A DNA stretch of 63,720 bases, filler included, from Saprolegnia diclina VS20 (taxonomy: Eukaryota), in the NCBI RefSeq assembly GCF_000281045.1. It is 5 parts of 2 records of this genome, joined end to end, with 100 filler letters (N's around TTAATTAATTAA, not from the genome) between each part and the next. Parts side by side here need not be neighbours in the genome. Positions count along the whole stretch, not along the records: positions 1 to 17,927 come from NW_008246107.1; 4 more parts are not named here. One strand, 5' to 3'. A model generated the notes under the pieces. That model saw only the letters and a list, made by a program, of their open reading frames with translations, ran no database searches and was not told the DNA's origin. The position numbers and the translations under genes were made by a program. Every line of letters starts with the position of its first letter. Within the stretch, counting starts at the first letter, position 1. Positions 1 through 11,773 of the stretch are shown one piece after another.

Positions 1-275
1 CGCCGCCCGCGCCGCGTTTTTGACCAAGATGCATCTTCACCACTTGATGCTGAATACCCAAGCGATGTGCCTCTTCCAAATGATGCACGCCCTGCGCCAC
101 GATGCCTGGCTTCGTGACCACTTCGTCCCGGCGTGCGCCATCCACACGCCTCGCCTTCAACACGGCTAAGCCTCGCCGCTGATGCCGTCTAGCACAGCTC
201 TGAATCGAAAGTCCATCCCCCAAAACCAGTTCAGTGTAAATTATATCTAAATAGACTCACTTCAACAACAATAAC
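1..275 (+). mobile_element. 3' end of a putative non-LTR retrotransposon (LINE-like), continuing off the left edge
   Basis: An open frame from the window edge ends at TAA 167-169. A ~95-nt 3' UTR and a (CAA)n-like tail follow (ttcaacaacaataac). Positions 104-271 recur inverted at 31343-31515 with a TSD. Confidence 0.65.
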
Positions 276-2045
276 AAAGGGTGGTCATCGACGGGTTTTT
301 TAAATGATAGCTCATTTCCATGGTAAGCTTACCTTTTCCTTACCTCGTCGGAGGTTTTTCAAATAAAAATATTTGGCTCATTTTTTAGAAAATAATGACT
401 TTTGAATAAAATGATGGACGGCCGCGCGGACACCGAGCGCCCGGGTCCAAGGGTATATCTCCTGTAGAAAAGGTCACTGCCCAGCGCCGATAGTGCGCTA
501 CGATGCGCAAGATCATTGCGCATCGAACAAGCTATGACGCGTAGCGCTGCGATAAGCAGTTTAGGATAAAAGTTGGATCGAATCGCCAAATCCGATGGTC
601 CCAGAGTGAGCTTCTGCGGATATCGATTTGAGANNNNNNNNNNNNNNNNNNNNNNNNNNNNNNNNNNNNNNNNNNNNNNNNNNNNNNNNNNNNNNNNNNN
701 NNNNNNNNNNNNNNNNNNNNNNNNNNNNNNNNNNNNNNNNNNNNNNNNNNNNNNNNNNNNNNNNNNNNNNNNNNNNNNNNNNNNNNNNNNNNNNNNNNNN
801 NNNNNNNNNNNNNNNNNNNNNNNNNNNNNNNNNNNNNNNNNNNNNNNNNNNNNNNNNNNNNNNNNNNNNNNNNNNNNNNNNNNNNNNNNNNNNNNNNNNN
901 NNNNNNNNNNNNNNNNNNNNNNNNNNNNNNNNNNNNNNNNNNNNNNNNNNNNNNNNNNNNNNNNNNNNNNNNNNNNNNNNNNNNNNNNNNNNNNNNNNNN
1001 NNNNNNNNNNNNNNNNNNNNNNNNNNNNNNNNNNNNNNNNNNNNNNNNNNNNNNNNNNNNNNNNNNNNNNNNNNNNNNNNNNNNNNNNNNNNNNNNNNNN
1101 NNNNNNNNNNNNNNNNNNNNNNNNNNNNNNNNNNNNNNNNNNNNNNNNNNNNNNNNNNNNNNNNNNNNNNNNNNNNNNNNNNNNNNNNNNNNNNNNNNNN
1201 NNNNNNNNNNNNNNNNNNNNNNNNCCAACAAGAGGAGCAGCGCTTCTATGCCCCTTCCCACATCCAATGGGTTGCGCAACTCGTGTCAGACAAAGTTTTG
1301 GCCTTCAACTTGAGCAGATCAGTGTTTCCGAGTGAGACGCCGGACGACACAAGTCATGGAATCATTATTGTCACCATCGCCATCTGTCGTCAGCGTCGAC
1401 TTTCGCTGAGCAAAATCGCAATAGAAATCATGTACTCGCCCGTGCCCTGTCCGAGTGCGTTCAACGGTCCCCCATCGACAATGACCAGAGTGATGGCGTT
1501 GTTGGCGCCTCAACGTTGGTACGGGGCACCGTTTTAGCTGCCTGTCACACTACAACTACGACCAAGGTAGCTACCAAGATCCGTCTGCTAACTGCATGCG
1601 TGAGTTGCCGCCCCCTCTACACGATTGCTCCGTCAAAACGACTGCGTGTCCGAGGTGAATGGACAAACATCGTTTCGATACGAAGTGGTGTCGTAGGCCC
1701 ACGTACAACCTTTGGGTTGACAACGCCGAGCGAGCGTTTAATGCTTGCAACAGGGTCCATTTGTTGGATCAAGACGCGTGTGGCATTTGGGTTTGAGGTT
1801 TACAGCAATGAGAAGGACCGCAGTTGGAGTGTACTCAAGTGGAGTGTACTAGTATACGTCTATTATACATCCCACGAAATGTGAGTAAACTGGGTGTGCC
1901 CGGCTTCTCGTGCCATGGATTCGCACCCGATCCCCTTCTAGACGGAGCGAGGAGCGAGGTATTGTTGGTTCGAGCCCTCCTCTCGTTAGAGGTGCTTGGT
2001 GCGCGTATCAAACAATGGAACGCAACCGCAACCGTGGTAAGGTTC

Positions 2046-2128
2046 ATTTTACATGATTTTACATGATTTTACATGATTTTACATGATTTTACATGATTTT
2101 ACATGATTTACATGATTTTACTTGATTT
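2046..2128. repeat. 10-bp minisatellite (ATTTTACATG)n, about 8 copies
   Basis: Tandem array visible directly; the last units are degenerate. Confidence 0.95.
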
Positions 2129-2723
2129 GGAATCGTCTTGTGCTCGTTTAGCGCATATGAGAGAAGTAGGTACCGTGGGACTGATCACCAAAAGCATGCG
2201 CGCAACTCAACTCAGACGACGTCAAACCAGTGTCGTCAAACCCTCCAGCGTTGCGCACCCAGACCCAAGTCGATGTGATTGCGCGCTGGACGTCGAGTGT
2301 GGGTTGGGTGGTTTGGTGGCGTCGCTGCGTCCCCTTGCGATGGCCGTTTCGAGCAGGAGCCGAGGATATGTACACTCTACAAGATGCAATCCGTACCCCA
2401 CACGATGCATGGAGCCATTCTAGCTGCCTCGAACACCCAGCTCAACGTTTTGTGTCTTTGACATCGCTCTGCAACCTTTCGGTCTCGTGCGGTAAAAGTA
2501 TGGAATCAGGTGCAACCAATCGCCGCTCGAACGCTGTCGTCGTCGGCGATGTGTGGCCATGAGCAGCCTGGCTCACACATGTCGCGGGTATCGCGGGTCG
2601 GCAAACTCAGACGTCGACTCAGAAAGGCAATGCCCATCTGTACGTTTTATCATTCGCACCTTGCGTCAAATAACACTCATTCTCACTTGAGGTTCTCAAT
2701 CACCTCATTTTACAAACTGCAGC

Positions 2724-3263
2724 ATGGCCCGCACAACGGCCTCACGGGCCCGGTCGTCCAATGCACCGCCAACCACCTTTCGCGGCTACTGCCTCTACAA
2801 GACGGGCAAGTGCTTCCTCGAGCGCGCGCTCAAGACGAACGGCCAGCCCCACAACCTCTGCGACCTCCACCGCCTCAAGCAAAACCAAAACCAGCGCCGG
2901 CTCGACTGGAAGGTGCGCGCAAAGCAAGCGGCGCGCCACGAAGCCATGGTGACAAGTCCAGCGGTGCGCTTCCAGCCGGCCCCCGAGTCGCCAACATTAT
3001 GGGCGCCCCAGAGCGCCCATGACCCGACTGCCCGCGCAGCGTACCGAGCCCAAGTCATCCAACAGCTGGTGCGACTTGTGTCAGAGGAAGTCCTGGCCTC
3101 GGACTTTACCCAGCCAAAGCACACGATGCCAGCGGTCGCGCCGCCCCACCACGTATATTACCCCCCGTACCCCCCGCAGCACGAGGTGCACCCTGCGCAG
3201 TCGTGGGAGGGTGTCCTGACACTGTCCAGGGAGTACGAAAGTCGAACCAACATGTATCTTTAA
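2724..3263 (+). CDS. Putative C-x6-C-x15-C-x2-H zinc-finger/basic-helix protein (paralog 1)
   Basis: 179-aa ORF containing CLYKTGKCFLERALKTNGQPHNLCDLHRLKQNQNQRR. Paralogous to 7497-8144. TCATTY initiator-like motifs lie just upstream. Confidence 0.8.
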   Translation: MARTTASRARSSNAPPTTFRGYCLYKTGKCFLERALKTNGQPHNLCDLHRLKQNQNQRRLDWKVRAKQAARHEAMVTSPAVRFQPAPESPTLWAPQSAHDPTARAAYRAQVIQQLVRLVSEEVLASDFTQPKHTMPAVAPPHHVYYPPYPPQHEVHPAQSWEGVLTLSREYESRTNMYL

Positions 3264-4391
3264 TTTTTCGTCGTTCATTTGGGCATTGCATCTTCAACGA
3301 TACGTGGAGCTGAGCCTGGCGCTGCGATCAGGTGAAGCCGATTGTGCGTCCATCGGCTTCGTCGGAATTTTTCAGCGTGAACGCACCTAAGGTTGCAGGA
3401 GAAGTTGTTGATGGACGCGTTGCCAAACGCTGACAACCTCGTGTGAAGTTGAGTCTTCCCATCCCACGTCAGCTGACTTGGGTGCACGCATATCCATCCA
3501 TTGCTACTAGTATTTGGTGAGAGCGGGCGAAATGCGAGTTTACCATGGGTCTGCGATAGTCCAAACCAAATTGAATCCAGAGAGACTCGCTTCAACAAAC
3601 ACACAGTTGGCGAGCTGCTCGTGCGCTAGAAAGGACCAGCCGACCTTGCGCACAGTTGAAGTAGCTGGTCGTCGTTTGACATCGAAGAAGGTTGAGCACG
3701 CGAAACGAAGCGGATGGTTAAGCGATGGTGTTTTCATCTCGTACGACGTTGGGTTCGATTGAGTGCTAGTCGCTGGGATACAGTATGCGTGGCGGGTTAG
3801 AAGCGACACGGCGACATGCAAAATGACGATGTATCAATCAATACCTAACTATGAAGATAACGCGAAACACGTTCATATATAATACCTAACGTTAGCTTTA
3901 TGCCTCCATCGTGGTACTAGCGCGTCCTACCCTCCTAGCAAGTCCTGTCGCCTGGATGTACTCGTATACCCTACCGAGTGACTCTCGGGTCCATGACATT
4001 TCGCTTGGGCCTCATGGTACTCCGCAGCCAGAAAATCGAATTTTGCCGTTCCAAGAGAGCAGTGAGCGTTGAAATACTTGGTGCGAGTCACCCGTGACAA
4101 GTCGGTTCGTCGGAGGACTCTAGTCGAGCGTAGTGGTTCGATCCATTGTCAAAGAGGTACATCATGAAGGTGTGAGATGTCATGCGCGAATTGGGGTGTT
4201 TCGTGTGTTTGATACCTGCGGTTTCCGTGTCCAAACCGTTGACTCATGGTATTGTAAAAACCAGAAATGTGAACAAAGCGTGGCAATCCAAGCCAATTTC
4301 TGGCTGACATGCCCCAAATTGACCAATTGTGATTCTATCTCTCACTTCCAAACCCATGCAGTTGAAATGTGCTGCTTTTCGCAGTTTATTA

Positions 4392-4659
4392 CAGACATCC
4401 TCTGCGTTAATTGACAACGGCGTTAATTGACAAAAAAAGCCCATGTTCAGTATATCAATACAAAATGTGAGATGTGTTACAAGCAGAACTTATTATCTTA
4501 CATTCAGTATTCACGTAGATACACCATGTAGAATTACCCGACGCCACATGTCGCTCCATGGCCCATCATCGTGCGGCTGGCATTGCTCTAAAATGCCCAA
4601 CACATGGGTCAAATCCCACGCTTTTCAGATCTTTTGTCAATTAACGCAGAATATGTCTG
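4392..4659. mobile_element. MITE, Tc1/mariner-pogo type
   Basis: 26-bp TIRs CAGACATCCTCTGCGTTAATTGACAA / TTGTCAATTAACGCAGAATATGTCTG (24/26 match). Flanked by TA at 4390-4391 and 4660-4661. 268 bp, no ORF. Confidence 0.75.
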
Positions 4660-7465
4660 TAAAGAGATCACCAGGTGTGTCAATTGTTTTTCTGGCTCGT
4701 TCAAGAAACGTAAGTTCCACGGGCGTGGCCCTGCCGACGACGCTCTCAGGCAACCACTTCTCATCAGCCTACGACATACCAGCAGCACGAACGCGCCAAG
4801 TACCTTGAACCAGGGCTGTACGACGAGCCTCTCTAGGCTCCCAGTTTGGTCATCCGTCTCTGAGAGATTGTCGTTGTCGTCCGACAAGTGTGCTTCGGAG
4901 TCGCTGTCGGCAAACCAGACATAGCTGGTGGGTTAGACATGGGCCAAGTGTCTGCTAGACAGATTGTCTGCAGTGGTCGCGTCTCCTGCTCCGATTTAAT
5001 ACTGCCAAGACCCTTCAAGAGTCGCTCGATTTCACCTTCTCACACAGCTTCGTACAAGACCCTGAGCAGACCGATCGCTTTCGGCGTGTCCGGCTTTGAA
5101 GGTAGCACGCCACTGGTGTAAACATCTTCAGCGCCTCTCATTGGGTATTTCCCACTTAAGGATTATTCCCTCTCTCGCAGCTAGCATGCCCCATAATGTC
5201 TTGAAGGTATTCCGGTCTATTGGCTGTGGATACCTCACGGTCTCTCACTTCTGTTTGGGTTCCGTTCTGGCTTGTTTCGCGCTGGCCGCCACTTTTTTCA
5301 CTTTGCTTCGTTCCACTGCTTTGGGCACTGCACTGCCTCAAGTACCAGCTTGACAGTTTCGAGTCACGAACTTGTCATCTTGATAATCAAAATAACGTTA
5401 GTCGACCACCTTTTATCAAACGCACAGCAGCAGCAACAACAACACCAACAACAACAAACGACGACGACGTATCCCTCAGCATTGTGGTGGCCGATCTTGC
5501 AGCTTGCGGAGAGGTATGTGAGGCACGGGAGTAGAAAAAAGGAAGAGTACATTGTCCAGGACTCCAAGTACAAAATAGAAAACCTCCTTCCCAGTGGTTT
5601 AGAACCATCAAACGAGCGGAGTACTTCGAGGATCTCGTCGATCAAAAGTCGCGGCGTTGTCCTCATACTATTGGGTGCTAGTGTACTGCAAGGCGACGCT
5701 TCGTTGCCTGCTCGGTACCCCACCCTCAAGCGTACAGCACTGCGATGCTTCTTCACAAATGATGTGCTTGCTACGATGAAGTCACTGAACCAGGCTACAC
5801 TATTTTCATGTGATCAGGTTTTGCGGGCGGTTGAACGCGTTAAAGACACCAACAACGTCGGGTAAAACGCACCTCGCGAAGGAGAAATGCGTGCGTGATC
5901 GACTCAGAAGCAGGGAGCGGCGCGACGTTGGGTAGAGTGAGGTGTAGCATCCAATCATCATTTCGCGCCGACGTATGTGCACGCTGGGTGCAAGAGCCGG
6001 CATGACCATTATCAGATTCCACGCGCGACGCCAACCATCCATTAACACATGCCGTTTGCACGGCTCGTGCCGTCTCAGATCCACGCGTCCACGCATTATG
6101 GGCAGGTACATTCGCACGCTGTGTGAGCCAGGACGACTACACTACATACACGTCCAGCCAGAGCACCAAACCCTTTGAAAGTGGTCTGCAACCGCTGGGA
6201 GCAAAGATTCCATTGTTTACATCACGAGGACGCAACACGTGATACTACATGCCAACAAACGTTCGCATATAACACCGTGTCAGTTGCTTCCTGCATACCG
6301 AGGGACGTATGTGAGGGAGGTACCGGTACAGGAAAAGACCAAGTCCAACGTTCGAGTGTTGCTGATTTTACCTTAGCGCTGCGTCAGTGGAGCTATGTGG
6401 GTGGCGCGCAGGTCGCCTTTCGCTGTGGCAAATGCGATGGCCGCCATGCACACGTACACGTAGGCCGTCGCATCAACAGAGCATGATATCGTCCGTCGAC
6501 ACCATGAGGGCCTTTCTCTGGCGACAGCAAGCGTATGTAGTATGGGCGAGCGCGTCTTGGGTGGTGGTGGCAAATCTCCTGTACTAAAATGCGCTCTCAT
6601 GGTCTCGTGTTCTATCAACCAGCAGCGTGGTTGTTGAACTGAGAACGGCAGTGTCATAGACACCAAGATCCCAAGCAGCATGAGAAACAATATGTTCAGC
6701 GACGCCGCTCCCAAATGCTCAACTCGCGGGCTGCCAAAGCACTATGCTCGGCGCGCCGTGCGAGGGGCAAGTCATTCGCATTGGGAAAGCCGTGAAGGAA
6801 TCCAGCGCTGTGGGACGACGCCACAAACAAATCCGACGGACTGGCGTGGGACCGTTTCTGTCGCGGCGCAGGAACCTGTGTCTGGTTCACACCACATCTT
6901 GTGGTTATCGTTCTGAGACCTGGTGGTCCACCAAGCGTTGGCCTTGTAGTACATACGTCGCAGGCGGCACAGCCTTTCCAATCATCCCACTCTGAGCACA
7001 TTCGCCAGCGTTACGCGGCAGCCGCGACACGGCCGTCGTCGTCGCCACGCAGCACCACGCCGTCTCCGCGTTCATGGCGTTCACAAGTCGTAGCCGCCTT
7101 GCTCCATTTTGCAGCAGGCTGAGTTGAGTGCGGTCCACCGGCTCAGGATCAGAAGGATACACCACGTGTGCTACCCATCTCGTTGCGCTTGCAGTACGGT
7201 ACAGTACAAGGACTGCACCTCGTCACAGTGCACCTGGCGTGACGTCGATATGCCGATTTTCCATAGGCGTCCGATGACTCTCTAAATCACCAGGACGACG
7301 CGTGGGGAAGCGACAAAATGCACAGCCTGATCCGGCACCAGCGTCGGCACTCTTGTTTCTGCGCCGGGCCCACGTCGCCTGCATAGACGAGGCAAGACTG
7401 ATTCTGGTCCAGCTGGCGGGCACCATCTTGGAATTATCACTGATTTTGGTCCGCCACGTTGGGTG

Positions 7466-7483
7466 CCACTTGCGAATTTGCCT
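7466..7483 (+). promoter_or_regulatory. Oomycete INR+FPR-like core promoter element
   Basis: ccacttgcgaatttgcc resembles the oomycete YCAYTYYNNAWTTTNYY core promoter and ends ~15 nt before ATG 7497. Confidence 0.4.
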
Positions 7484-7496
7484 TTTGAAGCCCACG

Positions 7497-8144
7497 ATGG
7501 CCGCCTTGACCCCGACCGCGCGCGAGAACAGCAGCCAGCAAGACGAAGCCCACAGCTTCCGCGGCCACTGCCTCTACAAGACTGGCAAGTGCAAGAACGA
7601 GCGCGCGCTCAAGACGAACGGCCAAGCCCACAACCTCTGCGACGAACACCGCGCAAAACAGAACCAAAACCAGCGCAAAATGGACTCCAAGATGCGCCAG
7701 AAACGCCACTACTCGCCGTACGAGTCGCCGCAGAGCGCCCACAGCTACGACGAGCCGCTCCCGTACCCACCGTCGTCGATGCCGCCCATGAATGGGCCGT
7801 ACCCGGCCTACCCGACCATGATGTACCCGCCCGCGTATGGCTACTACGAGAACCGACAAGGGTACGCTCATGTGCACCACCCGCCGATGCCAGACGTCGG
7901 CGACCAGATCACGGTGCCGACGCCGTCGTATCTCAAGGGCGAAGCGCGGGAAGCGTTCCGGTCCCGCGTGCTCCAGAAGCTCGTCAACATCATCTCGGAG
8001 GAAGTGACGGCGATTCCGCCGCCACCATCCATGTACAGCGCGCATACCAGTGTCTATGAAGACGGCCTCCCGCCCCAGCGTCTGCCATCGCTGGCGTCGC
8101 GCATCTCGCGGCACAGCGTCCCGTCGCCCGAGGCCAAGCCGTGA
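7497..8144 (+). CDS. Putative C-x6-C-x15-C-x2-H zinc-finger/basic-helix protein (paralog 2), with a Pro/Tyr-rich middle
   Basis: Contains CLYKTGKCKNERALKTNGQAHNLCDEHRAKQNQNQRK. C-terminal motif AREAFRSRVLQKLVNIISEEV is shared with paralog 1. Confidence 0.85.
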   Translation: MAALTPTARENSSQQDEAHSFRGHCLYKTGKCKNERALKTNGQAHNLCDEHRAKQNQNQRKMDSKMRQKRHYSPYESPQSAHSYDEPLPYPPSSMPPMNGPYPAYPTMMYPPAYGYYENRQGYAHVHHPPMPDVGDQITVPTPSYLKGEAREAFRSRVLQKLVNIISEEVTAIPPPPSMYSAHTSVYEDGLPPQRLPSLASRISRHSVPSPEAKP

Positions 8145-8779
8145 AGCATTGGTCGGCCTTATTAATTTATTTTGTTTTGTCTCGATGGATGTTTATGTGT
8201 TGTGGTTTGCGTGCGTGGACGTCAGAGGCGGTTGGTCGTCGTCGGCGCCGGCCACAGTGGCAGCGGGGTCGACGCCACTAGCATTACCCGACGTCGCGAT
8301 TGCGGGGTGTCACGGTGTACCCAGCGTGGGATCTTGCGCGGGTTCAACATGCGGCCGACAGGATGCTGCAGAATGCGATGTGCCTCAGTGCAAGCTACTG
8401 GCGGCCACATACGCGCGTCGTCGTGCTTCTGTCGCCACCCACGGACAGCTCGCATGGACCAGAGGCGGCAGCACCCAAAGACACTCGATGCTACTGCAGC
8501 CCCTACGGCAGTTCCCCTTCCGGTACATACATGTACATGCAGGCCTGTCGTGGCGCGTTGCACCGTCCCGCGACGCGTCCTGCTGTACAGCACCTACGGC
8601 TGTGCGCTGGGCCCTCCGACCGAGAGAACGGCCAAGCCTCTCAGTCGTCCCAAGTACGTGGCTTGCTCCGTGACGTGGCAGAACCTCTATCTTTTAATGC
8701 CATATCTCGAAGCATTCGTAGCGGGAGGTTTTCGCGCCGTGTGCAACAATTGCATTCCTGCGGCGGCGGCGGCAGCAGC

Positions 8780-10159
8780 ATGTCCATCTCGCAGTTCTAC
8801 ATCCTTAGCAGCCGCGGGGACACGGTGCTCGCCAACGACTTCCGCGGCGACGTGGCCAGCGACAGCGCCGAGATCTTCTTCCGCAAGGCCAAGTTCTGGG
8901 AGAAGGGCGACGCGCCGCCAGCCTTCCACATTGACGGCGTCAACTACTTGTACGTCAAGAAGAATGGCCTCTACTTTGTGGCCACAACGCGCTTCAACGT
9001 GTCGCCGGCCTACATCCTCGAGCTCCTCACGCGCCTATGCCGTGTCTTCAAGGACTACTGCGGCGTCCTCTCGGAAGAGACACTGCGCAAGAACTTCATC
9101 TTGTGCTACGAGCTTTTGGACGAGACGCTCGACTTTGGCTACGCGCAGGACACAAGCACGGAAGGCCTCAAGGTACACGTGCACAACGAAGCGATCCTCG
9201 TCGGCGACGCGGCGCTGGCCAAGGCCAAGCCGAGCACGCTCCTCGGTCGGCCGTCCAACATCAAGGCGGCCAACGCCGTGCGCAAGCCCGTGGCCACGGG
9301 TCAATCGGCCAACAAGAAGGACGAGAACGAGCTCTTTTGCGACATCCTCGAGCGCCTCAACGTCGTCTTTGCGCCAAGCGGGCAGATGCTCAACGCGAGC
9401 GTCGAAGGCCGCATCCAGATGAAGTCGTACCTCGCTGGCAACCCGGAGCTGCGGCTTGCGCTGAACGAGGACCTCGTCATTGGGCAAAAGTCGTCGTCGT
9501 ATGGCCAAGTCGTGCTCGACGACTGCAACTTTCACGAGTGCGTCCAGCTCGACGAGTTTGAGCGCGACCGCGTCCTCGTCTTCACGCCGCCCGACGGCGA
9601 GTTCACGGTACGATCTGCGAATGCGCCTTCATGCGTCTCTCATGTTGTTTGTGGCTAGGTCATCAACTACCGCATCACGGGCGACTTTCGTGCCCCATTC
9701 CGCATCTTTCCGTTTGTTGAGGAGCAGTCGCCGACCAAGATTGAAATGATCCTCAAGGTCCGCGCCGACATGCCCGACAACAACTACGGCGCCAACGTCA
9801 TCATCCGCTTCCCGGTACCGCAAAACACGATCAGCGTCTCGTGCGACATTGGCAAGAACACGGCCGGGCAGCTCGCGGAATTCCGCGAAAATGAAAACCA
9901 AGTGCGCTGGGCCATCAAGCGCTTTGCGGGCGCGACCGAGCTCACGCTGCGCGCCAAGATCACGCTGAGCGGCCCGAGCCAGCACGTGCGCCGCGAAATT
10001 GGCCCGGTCTCGATGAACTTTGAGATCCCCATGTACAACGTCTCGACGCTCCAAGTCCGGTACCTCCGGATCCCCGAGCACGCGCGCCACCCCAACTACA
10101 AGTACAAGCGCTGGGTGCGCTACGTGACGCAGTCCAGCTCGTACGTCTCGCGCATTTAA
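8780..10159 (+). CDS. AP4M1: AP-4 complex subunit mu
   Basis: AP-4 mu-type N-terminus MSISQFYILSSRGD..DFRGD; YELLDETLDFG; PPDGEFTV-INYR; C-terminal KRWVRYVTQSSSYVSRI. One intron, 9608-9658. Confidence 0.93.
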
Positions 10160-10296
10160 GGCGTCTTGGGTGCTAGGGGCTAGTGATGCTTTTTTCATCT
10201 TCTACTCTGGTTCTCTGGTTGGATCAAATGTGGCAAAGGGTTTGCATCCTGCGGCTGTACACTAGCTGCGTCAATTTCGTGGCGTCGTCGATAGCA

Positions 10297-10351
10297 AGTC
10301 GATGGTCAGTCGATGGCCAGCCGATGGTCAGTCGACGGTCCGTCGATGGCT
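10297..10351. repeat. 11-bp degenerate tandem repeat (AGTCGATGGTC) x5
   Basis: Visible directly in intergenic DNA. Confidence 0.8.
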
Positions 10352-10866
10352 TGGCATGGCGTCAGTCGTGACGCCACTGCAGTGTCGACGACCATCAGCG
10401 ATGCGAAAGTGCACTTTCGGCAGTTTTAAACACGTTGAAAACAGCGGGATAAAAACACGCCACTTGGCGCGCACCCAATGCATTAAAGTCGACACCGCGG
10501 CGACTTGGCCGTCATCGTTGCACTTGTCGACGACTGCTGCTACTGCAAGAACGACGACGAAGCAGCTTGCGTCTCTACGACGCCGCGACATGCGGTGCCC
10601 ACGCGAGCAGTCTCATCGTTGCATCGTCAAGGGTAGTACCTGATCGGGACGTCGCCCACCCGTGGTGGATCATGCTGTCGAGTCGGAGCTACTACCCTTT
10701 ACAATGTACTACTACTACTTGGGTTTTTGTTGTGGTGCTTGCACCGCGACGGCGCGTCTGGCATAATGCGTCGGTCCGTCGTCGCGGGCCAAAAGTTGCG
10801 TGTTTTTAAAGCACCGAGAGGAGGCGGTGTGGCCGACACGCCACAGTGTCGAACGAACGTGGCGAG

Positions 10867-11773
10867 ATGATTGCCGACCGCTTGTCCTCGGACGCGATCC
10901 GCCAGCTCCATGACCAGCCGTCGTCGGCCGGCGGCTTCCAGCCCTTCCTGCAGGTCGTCCACATCAAGATGATCCAGCCCGCATCCGTGGTCGAGAAGGC
11001 GCGCTACTGCCTTGTGCTCTCGGATGGCACGTACTGCATCTCGTGCCTCCTTGGCCCCGACCTCTCGTCTGTACGTCGCTCTCGCCGCGGCAGTCTTCTC
11101 ACCTGTGACTAGAGCTTTACGCTTGGCGGGATCACGCTCCACGCCGTCATTCAGCTCATCGAATATTCGCCCAAGTTTGTCGCTGGCAAGCTGTACGTGC
11201 CTCCTCCTGGCGACAGCAGTGACGCTCATGGCAATGTGCTAGCATCCTCCTCGTCGATGTCATGGAGCTCATCGAAGCGTGCGCGCACCGCCTTGGCTCC
11301 GAGCACCCGATTTACTTTGAGCTCGAGACCGCGACCATGTCGTCGCTGCTCCAAGCGCAGCTCGAGCTCCTCGTACACAAGGAACGTCACATGGAGCGAC
11401 TCTGCGCGTCCGTCCAAGAGAACGCGCGCGTGGCCGCCGACCTCATCACGCTCAACGTCGGCGGCCAGCGCTTCCAGACCGCCAAAGCCAACTTGCTTCG
11501 GGACCCGGATGCGTACTTTGCCGTTATGCTCTCGACAGCGCCGACCCACGGTGCGTCTTCCGACTGCGCTCGTACACGAGGTAGAGACGACCGTGTGTAC
11601 TAGAGGACGGAAGCTACTTTGTGGATGTGAACCCGACCCACTTCGATCGGATCATGGCACATGTCCGGACAGGCGAGCTCATTGCCCTCGACGGTCTCTG
11701 CGCCTGGGACGCCAAGCAGCTCCGTCAAACGATCGAGTACCTCGGCCTCGAGACCGCACTCGCATCGCCGTAG
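10867..11773 (+). CDS. RPA70 N-terminal OB-fold-like domain + coiled coil + KCTD-type BTB/POZ domain protein
   Basis: Four exons joined in frame by GT-AG introns 11071-11112, 11193-11242 and 11551-11603. N-terminus LSSDAIRQL..PFLQVVHIK..RYCLVLSDG..AVIQLIEY is Rep-A_N-like. C-terminus ITLNVGGQRFQT..YFVDVNPTHFDRIM..RTGEL is BTB_2-like. Confidence 0.8.

Noticed and set aside
501..525. 10-bp-stem hairpin CGATGCGCAA-gatca-TTGCGCATCG
   Set aside because: Isolated and next to a gap; not enough to call a Helitron end or an ncRNA.
359..1335. Long ORFs spanning N gaps (also ~36593-37718 and ~61971-63235)
   Set aside because: Artefacts of translating Ns.
2046..2128. Possible telomeric repeat
   Set aside because: The unit does not resemble TTTAGGG-type oomycete telomeres, and the array is short and interstitial.
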